A DNA stretch of 63,693 bases, counting the filler, from Pelomyxa schiedti (Eukaryota > Protista > Evosea): assembly GCA_020536535.1 (NCBI GenBank). It is 14 parts of 14 records of this genome, joined end to end, with 100 filler letters (N's around TTAATTAATTAA, not from the genome) between each part and the next. Parts side by side here need not be neighbours in the genome. Positions count along the whole stretch, not along the records: positions 9,503 to 18,123 come from JAHLWZ010001311.1; positions 18,224 to 19,845 come from JAHLWZ010002381.1; positions 19,946 to 29,033 come from JAHLWZ010000122.1; 11 more parts are not named here. One strand, written 5' to 3'. This document shows positions 10,817 through 21,989 of the stretch, piece after piece. The notes below the pieces were generated by a model. The model saw only the letters and a program-made list of their open reading frames with translations. It searched no databases and was not told where the DNA came from. Numbering within the stretch: the stretch's first letter is position 1; each line of letters opens with the position of its first letter. A program made the translations under genes and the position numbers.

Positions 10817-12765
10817 CTAGTCAGGGTGAAATGGCATTCCATGCCACAGGTTAACTTCCGCTGAAAAGGTATCTCCGTTGGGGTCCCTGGATTGCACATC
10901 CACGTAATCACGGATTTCACTCTTTGTGAGTCCAAAGGAGCTGATTGCGTGGATTGCAACGTGTGGTGAACGAGACACGAGGGGCATCAAGTGCTTGCGA
11001 ATCAGAGCGGCATCGATTGTGGGACCATAGTGGTTCAGAATCATGTGCCAACCTGTGAGGTCAATGCTGGCTCCAGACTCATCACCCAGCTTGGCCATGG
11101 CCAGAATCTTTTTTTTTGGTGAGTATTTCAGTATGGTTGGAAATACATACATCAGACAAAGGAATGTTAAAGGATTCAATGAGCCACTGTGCACAACGGT
11201 TCTTTCTCCTTGTCAAGAGTCTGAACAAGAGTTGGTTGTTGTTGGCCTTGATTTGAGTGTATTGCACGTTGAACTTGCGAATCACCCACTTGACAACCTT
11301 GCTTGAGTATGGATAGAATGACTCTGATGTCAGGCAGTCTCCAACAAACTCTGGTGTCAAAACTGCAGAACCGGAACCGGTGCACAACGACTGGAAACCA
11401 TTCAGGTGATACCTCAGGAACACAGTCACAATATTCTTGAACTGTTCCATGTCTTTGTGCGGTTCAAAAGCTGTGAACATCTCCAGCAACAGAGCAACGG
11501 AATTTGCACGAGGCTCCTCAAGGGCCTGAGAAACAGCCTCGTGAATGCAGGTCATGGTTATCTTTGAAGCCTGTGATGGCGAGAGGCGCTTCAAGAACCA
11601 CTCCAATCCCACCACTTTGTCTTCATAATCAGTGGACTCCTTGCAAAGATCAATCAAGAAATTTTCAGCAACCTGTGTGTTGGAATTCACGACATCCATC
11701 ACGTGGAAGGTTTCATCCAACCACTCTGCAACTTTGATGTTGCTCCAGTTGAGTGCACACACAAGTGATTTGTTGATGTCGGATTGAGAGAGGGACACCC
11801 TTGTTGACAGCCACTTGGCAAGTGTGGATCCTTTTTTCCTTGATGTTGAACACGCTGATGCAAAGGTTGCTGCTGTTGGTGTGAAATGGTGCTCTGTGAC
11901 AAGCCACTGAGTGAGTTCCACATTTCCAGTATTCATGCAGACGTGGTTGAGCTCATCTTCACTTGGGGGTGGATGAGGGGGGAACGTTGTGAGCAACCAC
12001 TTGACAACATCTGGATTGCACACAATTTCCAGAATGAAGGGATAACCATTTTCACGAAGGTAATCTTCCACACAAGACAATTGGCAATCTTGCACTGTGC
12101 TGTGCTTGTTTGGCACAAGGGTGCATGTGAGGGAATCCCTTCTTGGACCCACTGGGAAGTTTTCCAGACACCACTTAAAATTGGATGGTGACACTCCCAA
12201 AGCGCACACATTGTAAAGATCACAAAACGCCGTTTCATGTAACTCCCTTTCAAACCGGAACCTCTCAAACAGCCACTTCACAACTTCCAACTTCCCGTGA
12301 GACAAACTGGACTGCATTGGACGGTGCATCACCAGCAGAGCTTCTTCTCCCCCAATTCCCAGCACATCCACCAGCCACCTGACAGAATCAACACACCCAG
12401 AAAGGCAAACAAGATGCAGAAACTGTGACTTCCCACACGATGCCCTCAGATACTCAATCACCTTTTCCCTCAGTCGGCGCACCATCACCCCAATCCCAGC
12501 ATCAGCAGCATCACTACCAGTACAATCTCCTCCATTCCCGTTCCCATTCTCATTCTCGGAGCTCCGGCAAGCAGTCTCCCACCCAACAACACGTCGCCCA
12601 TCCCACAATCGCGGAAGCGTCCACCTGCTGGTGGTGGTATCATGGCGCCCCTCTTCACCGTTGCCAATTCCACCACCAAACATGGAAGTGGCCAGCCCCA
12701 CGTGGCCACCAACCAACAACCCAATCACAGTCGCGCTCACTTCCTTCACAACAACACCAACATCA
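10817..12765 (-). CDS. Ankyrin-like repeat family paralogue 2 (5' part lost in gap)
   Basis: 555-aa ORF 11082-12749 plus last exon (GWHMILNHYGPTIDA..., stop 10817) after one short intron near 11110-11150; repeated helical 'G.(L/V)E(VV/LV).WL' units. Confidence 0.8.
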
Positions 12766-12983
12766 NNNNNNNNNNNNNNNNNNNNNNNNNNNNNNNNNNN
12801 NNNNNNNNNNNNNNNNNNNNNNNNNNNNNNNNNNNNNNNNNNNNNNNNNNNNNNNNNNNNNNNNNAACGCCGTTAATGTAAGAAATCACCGTAGACGAAA
12901 AGTCCGATGGGATTGCAGATTGCCAATCTGCTTGTTGTTTCTGTTACTGTTTAGGAGGGTTTGTTGTATGGTTTTCCTTTCCT

Positions 12984-15487
12984 TCACAAAGGCACACCAA
13001 GCCACAGCCTGACTGATTTCGGGAAGTAGTGCTTGGGCCGTGGTATCATGGTGACAACATAATCACGGAACTCGTCAACAGTGAGTCCAAAGGAGTTGAT
13101 AACCTGGATGGCAACGTATGGGGAATGCGACACAAGTGGCATCAAGTGCTCACGAATCAAAGTGGCGTCGATGGTGGGACCGTAGTGGTTCAGAATCATG
13201 TGCCAACCTTCAACATCCAGACTGTCACTATCTGCACTTGCCAATGGGGCCATGCTTACAATCTGGAATGAGTTGGTTTTTTTTTTTTGGTGGAAATTGT
13301 ATTTGTGTATTTTCTTTGTGGTTTGGGAGGGGGTTGACAACACACATCAGATAAAGGAACGTCAAAGTATTCAATGAACCACTGCGCACAATGGGTCTTT
13401 CTCCTTGTCAAGAGTTTGAACAAGAGGAGGTTGTTGTTTGCCTTGATTTGAGTGTATTGCACGTTGAACTTGCGAATCACCCACTTGAGAAACTTGCTTG
13501 AGTATGGAAAGAATGACGACGATGTCAGGCAGTCTCCAACAAACTCTGGTGTCAAAAATGTGGAACAAGATCCAGAACACAGGTGCTGGAACACTTCCAG
13601 GTAACCCTTCATTGCCTCAATCACGATTTCCTTGAACTGACTTGGGTCTTGGTGTGGTTCACATGCAGTGAAGGTGGTCAACAGCACTGCAATTGGAGTC
13701 GTGCGATAAATTTGGAAGGTATGCGAAATGGCTTCATGAATGCAGGTCATGCTTATTGTTGAAGCCTGCGATGGTGAGAGGTGCTGAAGGAACCACTCCA
13801 GTCCCTCCCCTCTGTCTGTGTGATCACCAGGATCGGTGCAAAGCTCAACCAAGCAGTTTTCAGCAACCTGTGTGTTGGAATTGACAGCATCCATCACGTG
13901 GAAGGTGGCCTCCAACCACTCTGCAACTTCAATGTTGTACCAGTTGAGTGCACAAACAAGTGATTTGATGATGTCAGATTGAGAGAGTGACACCCTTGTT
14001 GACAGCCACTTGGCAAGTGTGGATCCTTTTTTCCTTGGTGTTGAACACGCTGATGCAAAGGTTGCTGCTGTTGGTGTGAAATTGTGCTCTGTGACAAGCC
14101 ACTGAACGAGCTCCCAATTGCCAGTGTTTTTGCAGACACTGTTGAGTGCTTCCTCACTTATTTTCGATGGAGGTGGAAACGTTGTGAGCAACCACTTGAC
14201 AACATCTGGATTGCGAACATCTTTCAGAACATATGAAAAACCACGATCACGAATGTAAGCTCCCACACATGGCAGCTGGCACTCTTCGAGGGTGATGTTC
14301 TCGTTTGATAAAATAGCCCGCGGCAGTGTTCTGGCCTTGTCTGGTGCCACTGGGATGTTTTCGAAACACCACTTCAAATTGGAAGGACAGCTGCCCCAAG
14401 CACACGAGTTTAAAAGGGCGCCGTGTGCCCTTTCAGACAAATTCCTCCCAAACCCGAACCTCTCAAACAGCCACTTCACAACTTCAATCTTCCCGTATGT
14501 CATGCAGCGCCCCAGTGCTTCACCCATCACCCACTGTGCCTCTTTCACATCAATTCCAAACACATCCACCAGCCACCTGACAGAGTCGACACACCCAGAA
14601 GCGCACACGATCTCCACAAACTGCAACTTCTGACAGTACTCTTTCACGTACACAATCACCTTTTGCCTCAGGACAGACACTCCATCCTTTGTGGTGGGTT
14701 CTATGGCGCCGCCACCACCACCACTCCCATAATGGCGATCACCCTCATCACCACCTCCATTCCCGTTCCGATTCCCATTCTCAGAGCCGCAATCAGTCGC
14801 AGTCTCCCATCCAACCACGCGTCTCCCATCCCACAATCGCGGCAGCGTGCACCTTCTCGTGCTGTTACTGCTGTCGCGCCCCCCCTCACCAGCACCACCA
14901 AACAGGCAAGTGGCCATCCCCACGTGGCCACCAACCAGCAGCCCAACCACGGTCGCGCCCACTTCCTTCACAACAACATCAACAACACCGCGACGACCAC
15001 GACCACCACCACCACCTCCTCCTGTTGTTGCTGTTGCGTCCTCTGGCCTGCCTGCAACATCATCAGCAGCCCCTCCGCCGCCGCCGCGAGTCTTGGCGCG
15101 CGACCACCACTCGCCCACGGGGTCGTGGCTGAGCCCGCCCCAACGACGCCCGCCGTCGTAGATCGACTGGGGGTGGTGGCCGCGCCTGTTGCTGACGATC
15201 CACGCCACGCACGACGGCGCGGGCACGCTCGCGGCGCTCATGATGGCGGTGTAGCTGCCTATGCTGAAGCCCCAGCGAGGAGCGAGGGGCACGAACGCGA
15301 GGACTCTGCGGCACACGAGCCCCACGATGGGGAACAGCGCCTCGGCCGCCCGGAACAGATCCTTGCAGCAACACTCGTCGGCACCACGCTCGAAGTTTCC
15401 CAGCGAGTCCCTTGGTCCGTCGAGCCACCCTGGCGACACAACGAGGTCCCAGACAACTCGCGACACCATAATCACTGTGTCTATACT
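12984..15487 (-). CDS. Ankyrin-like repeat family paralogue 3
   Basis: 739-aa ORF 13256-15475 plus last exon ending at 12984; single intron at the same position as in paralogues 2 and 4. Confidence 0.82.
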
Positions 15488-15587
15488 NNNNNNNNNNNNN
15501 NNNNNNNNNNNNNNNNNNNNNNNNNNNNNNNNNNNNNNNNNNNNNNNNNNNNNNNNNNNNNNNNNNNNNNNNNNNNNNNNNNNNNNN

Positions 15588-18087
15588 CCGCACCAACATC
15601 AAGGCGAAGCGATGGCATCGCAACACCAACAGGGTTTCCACCAGCAGGCGCACAGCACTAACTACGCAGAACACGCATACATAGTTCTTATGGTGTCGCG
15701 AGTTGTTTGGGACCACGTTGTGTCGCCAGGGTGGCTCGACGACGCGCCGGGAGCCATCAAAGCAAGCGCCCCCGGGCGCCGCCACGCCGACGCGTTCCGG
15801 GCGGCCGAGGCGATGTTCCCCATCGTGGGGCTCGTGTGCCGCAGGGCCCTCGCCCTCGCGCCCCCTGGCGCCCGATGGGGCGCCTGCGTCGGCAGCTACG
15901 GCGCGATCGCGAGCGCGGCCAGCGTGCCCGCGCCGTCGTGCGTGGCGTGGCTTGTCAACAGGAGGAGGCACACGATCTACGTGGGTGGGCGCCCCAGCAG
16001 AAACATGGATCGAAACAATCAGCGTGCATCATCATCGCCATCAGCGAGTTATGAAGATGCTGGTGGTGGCGGCTGTGGTGAAGTTGGTGTTGGTGTTGAT
16101 GTCGATGTTGTTGTTAAGGAAGTGAGTGCGACTGTGATGGGGTTGTTGGTTGGTGGCCACGTGGGGTTGGCCACTTCCATGTTTGGTGGTTCTCGGAATC
16201 TGGGTGGCGTGGAGGCTGGATCGTTGCGCTGCAACAACAGCAGCAGCGGCGGCGGCGGTGGCAGGTGCACACTTCCGCGATTGTGGGACGGCCGTCGTGT
16301 ACTTGGGTGGGAGACAGCATGCCGCCGCACTGAGAACGGTGCCGGTGATAGTGCCGGCACTGGTGATGATAATGGCGATTGTGGGAGTGATGGTGGCGCT
16401 GCTGTGGAACCGAGCAGGAGTGAGGTGGGGTGCAGTCGGCTGAGGGAGAAGGTGATTGAGAATGTGAGGGCAGAGTGCGGGAGTTCAAAATTTGCACAGA
16501 CCGTTTGCCTGACTGGGAGCGTTGATGTGGTGAAGTGGTTCGTGGACGTGTTTGGGATCGGGGTGAAGGAAGCACCGTGGATTATGTATGAGCGAATTCG
16601 TGACTGTCTGTATTATGGGAAGATTGAAGTAGTGAAGTGGTTGTTTGAGAGGTTTGGGTTTGCGAGACTGCACAAAGGGGTGTTCCCTGAGATGTACGGG
16701 TGGTGCGCCCTGGGAAACTCACCATCCAATTTGAAGTGGTGCCTGACCAACTTCCCAGTGCCTCCAATAACGTTTTCCCTAACTTACTCCCTCGTGCCAA
16801 ACAAGCACAGCACAGTGGAAGATTGCAAATTGTCATGTGTGGAGGAGTACCTTTGTGGGAATGGGTATGAATACATTCTGGAAGATGTTCACAATCCAGA
16901 TGTTGTCAAGTGGCTTCTGACAACGTTCCTCGCTCATGATCCAGATGCGGATGAGGTCAACTGCATCTGCAAAAGTACTGGAGATGTGAACCTGGTTGAG
17001 TGGCTTGTAACAGAGCACCATTTCACACCAACAGCAGCAACCTTTGCTGCAGCATGTTCAACATCAAGGAAAAAAGGGTCAACACTTGCCAAATGGCTGT
17101 CAACAAGGGTGTCACTCTCTCAATCCGAAATCACCAAATCCCTGGTGTATGCTCTCAACTCGAGAAACATCGAAGTTTCTGAGTGGTTGGCTGCTTCCTT
17201 CCACGTTATGGAGGCTGTGAATTCCAGCACTGAGGTGGCTGAAAACTGCTTGGTTGATCTCTGCAGGGGGTACGGTGTTTATGAGGACAGAGTGAAGGGA
17301 TTGGAGTGGTTCCTTCAGCACCTCTCATCATCACAGGCTTCAAAAATAAGAATGACATGCATTCATGAAGCCATTTCACACTCCCTGGAAATTTCTGGTG
17401 TGAATTGTGTGGCGGTGCTGTTGGAGATGTTTCCAGCATTTGAACCACACAGAGACCAAACCCAATTCGAGAAGATTGTGATTGAGTTCCTGATGTGTGG
17501 CCTGAAGGCTTTCCAGTGGTTGTGTTCCAGACCTTGTTCTGCAACTTTTACACCAGAGTTTGTTGGCAACTGCCTGACATCAATGTCATTTCATCCACTC
17601 TCCAGCAAACTTGTAAAGTGGGTGATCTGTGAGTTCAACGTGCAATACACTCAAATCAAGGCAAACAACAACCTCCTCCTGTTCAGATTATTAAAAAGGC
17701 AGATGAACCGTTGTGCACAGTGGCTCATCGACTCCTTTGACATTCCTTTGGATGATGTATGTATCCAACACTATCACGCTGCCCAACAATAGAAACTCAA
17801 CTCAATCCCAGGTTGTGGCCATCGCTCAACTGGCCAGTGGCACTTTTGACAGCATAGACCTCGCAGGTTGGCACATGATTCTGAACCACTATGGTCCCAC
17901 AATCGACGCCACTCTGATTCGCAAGCACTTGATGCCCCTCGTGTCACGTTCCCCACACGTTGCAATCCACGCAATCAACTCCTTTGGACTCACAATCCAC
18001 GAGTTCCGTGATTATGTTGTCACACAGGCCGCGACAACTAGATCTTCCACCACAGTCAAGTTGTGGCTTGGTCTGCCCATTGATTAA
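15588..18087 (+). CDS. Ankyrin-like repeat family paralogue 4 (opposite orientation)
   Basis: ORF through 17792 plus last exon ending 18087 (intron ~17756-17811); extensive identity to paralogues 2 and 3. Confidence 0.82.
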
Positions 18088-18223
18088 AGCATGCCTCCAC
18101 CATGGCCCTCGCTGTCTCATTCTNNNNNNNNNNNNNNNNNNNNNNNNNNNNNNNNNNNNNNNNNNNNTTAATTAATTAANNNNNNNNNNNNNNNNNNNNN
18201 NNNNNNNNNNNNNNNNNNNNNNN

Positions 18224-19398
18224 GTTTGCGTGCCCAAAGTGCCTCAGGAACAACCCACCGCACAGCTACATCGCACATGAAAAAATCACAGAAGCAATGC
18301 TAAAAAAAGAGGAAATGACTTGCTCAAACCATCACAATGTTTCACCTGCCGAAGTTGCACCAGGAGACTTCTTCAATGTGGACACATAAAATTCTAACAA
18401 GGTTATCTCGCTGGCAGCACTGTTGACAGTTTTATATCTGCCTCCTCACCCACGTCAGCAGCAGGAAGGTGCGGTGCCTGATGAGGCTTTTCCAATGTGC
18501 CTGCGGGAAAGGATTCTTCGCGATGTTGCAATGGGCCTGGCCCACCTCCACAGGCAGTGTCCTCCTGTCACCCACGGTGACCTTCATGCTGGTTTGGATT
18601 GCGCACCTTTTCCACTTTCAATTCATAAATACATCACAGGAAATATTTTGATCACTTCGTTGGATGCCACAGGATCCGGCCCCTTGGCAAAGATATTTCC
18701 TTCTCATGCGTATTTCAATCAAAATAACAAAAAGGTCACATGCGGGATGATTCCTGCCGATTACAACACACTGAGGAATGGCATCTTACCAACAAAAACA
18801 TACTCCGGCTCTGACCCCGGAAGCCATAATTAATCAAGGAAACCCTCTTCCAACAACTCAGGGTGATGTGTGGAATAGCGGTATTTTCGTCCTTCTTCTC
18901 TCGAAAAACACCCGGCAATCTCTAATGGCACACAAAAAAAAGGAATTCTCGTTCACAACGTAATTGCACCTCTTTCCTTTGTTGCTCTAGAATCAACCTC
19001 CTCGTCGCGGCCGCTACCACACGGAATCGATTCTGGACCCCGGAAAGTTCTATCAGTCCCAGAAACGACCAGTCCTACCTCCCCCGGTAACATTCCCACA
19101 ATTCCCGGCACTAATATATTCGTCGGTACTACCAGCAGCGGAATTGCCGGAACAACAAGATCCACGCCAAGACAACCGGATTGAGGTCGAGACCGTTCCG
19201 CAAGTTGCGCACGCAATCGCCGGCGGCGAATTCGTTGTCGACACTGACACTCTGACGACAACAGCTGCATCACATGGGGACCAGCGTGCGCTTTTGCCAT
19301 TATGGGCACGGCAGGTTATCTCATGCTGCCTCGTTGCCGAACCATCCCTCAGGCCTCAAATTTACACCCTCATCAACATTTGGGGTCACTTCTCATGA
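18224..19398 (+). CDS. Degenerate Roco/TKL-like kinase C-terminal region (probable pseudokinase), 5'-truncated
   Basis: CPKC...EVAP segment, then LRERILRDVAMGLAHLH..PPVTHGDLHAGNILI, GPLAKIFP (no DFG), ALTPE, GDVWNSG, WARQVISCCLVAEPSLRP. Confidence 0.6.
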
Positions 19399-19515
19399 GT
19401 CCATCATCATTCCCATCATTTTATCATAAAAACAAATTCTCGACGAACAAGAAGCTGTCTCAACGACTGTTGCCAAAACCCACTCCAGCATCTCTTCATT
19501 GAAAACAACAACTCC

Positions 19516-19845
19516 ATGACATTGAGTAAGTACTTCCTTCAAGCAAGCAGAATCCCTCGTTGATCAAAACGTTAGAAAGTTGTAACGGTGTTGTTTTCTA
19601 TGCGGAGATTAACGCTCCAGGAGGTACTTTTTTTTTCAATGCTTTGTGCCAAAGAACAACCTTGCCACTTAATGAATTTCGATTGGTTCTTGATTGGGCT
19701 ACTCTTCCCACAAACACACAGACGGAAATTAAAGAGGCGTTGGGACATGGGGACTTTGACACAGCACTGCAGCTGATTGTTGACAATGCACCACAGGCAT
19801 CAGCACCTGGTACTATGCCTCACTTTGCTAGGATCGCGTGTGATT
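19516..19845 (+). CDS. Hypothetical protein, 3'-truncated
   Basis: Open frame 19560-19845 with short intron-like segments; no recognisable motif. Confidence 0.3.
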
Positions 19846-19945
19846 NNNNNNNNNNNNNNNNNNNNNNNNNNNNNNNNNNNNNNNNNNNNTTAATTAATTA
19901 ANNNNNNNNNNNNNNNNNNNNNNNNNNNNNNNNNNNNNNNNNNNN

Positions 19946-20454
19946 TAAAACCAGTCTTGGCCTCGGCGGGGTCGATCCCGCGTTCCACGTCGGTGCCCAG
20001 CTCGCGGGCCAGCCCCGCGGCCCCACCAACTTGGTTCAGCCTGGCGAGCCTGCGGTCCAACGACGAACCAACCTCCACCATCGACGACAGCGTATCCACG
20101 TCCATCCCTCCCTTGAGAACACTGCGTAATTAATTCCCTGCCGCAATCACATCTCTCTTCCATCACCACTCTCGCAGTGGGTCCTCCCCCCACTTGTTTG
20201 AAAAACTTAGAACCTGATTTCGTGGACACGCAGATCAGAGACAGAACAGAAACAACCAACAGGGAATTAATTACGCAGTGTTCTCAAGGGAGGGATGGAC
20301 GTGGATACGCTGTCGTCGATGGTGGAGGTTGGTTCGTCGTTGGACCGCAGGCTCGCCAGGCTGAACCAAGTTGGTGGGGCCGCGGGGCTGGCCCGCGAGC
20401 TGGGCACCGACGTGGAACGCGGGATCGACCCCGCCGAGGCCAAGACTGGTTTTA
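19946..20454. repeat. Inverted pair of copies of PMCA exon 1 / 5' region
   Basis: 19946-~20140 is the reverse complement of ~20260-20454. Both match 21950-22149 with a few substitutions. Confidence 0.85.
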
Positions 20455-20674
20455 NNNNNNNNNNNNNNNNNNNNNNNNNNNNNNNNNNNNNNNNNNNNNN
20501 NNNNNNNNNNNNNNNNNNNNNNNNNNNNNNNNNNNNNNNNNNNNNNNNNNNNNNCCTTTCCAACAGAATAACATGCTAAAAAAGTGGTTATGGGTTCATC
20601 CTTGTTGTGGGTGGGACAAAAAAAATGAAAAAGCTTTTAGTTTGGAGGCACAATTGAGGATTCAAAATGGTGGG

Positions 20675-21590
20675 TTATGGCCAGAGTTCATGGCACAGAA
20701 GGAGACCACCAATGGCACCAAGAATACCAACAAGTCCCTCATTTAGGTTCACAAACTTGGCACTGTGAGCTGCAACCAAGAAGTCACAGAAGTTCCGGCA
20801 CAGCTTCATGCGTGTCTCATGGCGCTTCTTACTCATCTCTGTGTTTGTTGGTTGTTTGCGTTTTCGTTAGCTGCCAGGAAGAGGTAATCGGGATGAAGGT
20901 ACCGGGTTGCTTCTGAAGGTCAATCAAGGCACTGCTGTTGCACGCAATGTCGCAGCACACCGCGGTGAACCAAAGCTTGCTGCTGTTGACACCGAGCCAT
21001 GTGTTGTTGAATTTGGCAAGCTCAGCGAACTGCATAGGAAGTTAAGTATGAAAAGGTACGGGATTAACGACAGTACCCTTGAGACAAAGACCATGTTGTC
21101 CATGATCCAGAAATTGAACATGCAACCAAACTTAAGGAGTGTGAGTATTTTCTTCCAAGTCATGGGATCGTCATTGGCTGTACAATAATAAGTTAAAGGT
21201 AAATTTGGACTACAAAGAAGAAGATACCAAGAACAGTGCGGAATGCTTGGAGTTCCGAAATGGAGTTGAGAAGTGCAAAGCACTTGCGGGAACCGGCAAG
21301 AGCGTTCATGGTTGCCATAGCCTTTTGCTTTCCTGCCGCACAGTTAGTAACGAAAATACTTTCTCCAGTTAATGTAATTTCGAGGTATCAAGATACTATT
21401 ACGGAAGTAGGGTCAGCACACCTTGTTTAGTCTTCAACAGGTGTACCAACGCCCTCGCGGCGAATTGTGCAGACCTCAAGTAAGCATCTTTCTGCTTTAC
21501 AACGAGCTGGAACTGAGCAAACTTGTTGAAGCAAACAACCGGGCCACAAGTCTCCGCCTTCCCACTTGTCGCCATTCCTGTATTAGTCAT
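20675..21590 (-). CDS. PEX11: Peroxisomal biogenesis factor 11-like (multi-exon)
   Basis: KQKDAYLRSAQFAARAL resembles the GRDKxxRxxQY helix; also RKCFALL, DNMVFVSRV, KLWFTAVCCDI and a C-terminal TM segment LNEGLVGILGAIGGLL; size fits. Confidence 0.7.
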
Positions 21591-21989
21591 TAAACGTTAA
21601 ATAACCAAACAACGACGCTGCATTCTGTTGTGGTGTGGTAGTGTTTGCGTGTGTTGTCGCTTTTCCGGGGGCAAGATCGCGACGCTACGCACGTGCGCTG
21701 TTGCTCGGGTTGATCTTTTTGGTTTGAAATTTTTCGTCCTTGCTTTAAAAAAGAAGCTTCGGTCTCATTTGAATACCCCTTACCTTTGAACCGACACCCA
21801 GACTCTCATCTGTACCAAGTTCCCTGCCTCAATCACATCTCTCTTCCATCACCACTCTCGCAGTGGATCCTCCCCAGATTGTGAACTTGTTGGAAAAACT
21901 TAGAAACCTGATTTCGTGGACACGCAGATCAGAGACAGAGCAGAAACAACCAACAGGGAATTAATTACTCAGTGTTCTCAAGGGGAGGG

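Noticed and set aside
14423-15971. Long overlapping ORFs in GC-rich regions (also 46641-47824 and 52529-53310)
   Set aside because: Antisense or alternative-frame shadows of GC-rich coding sequence, with no motifs.
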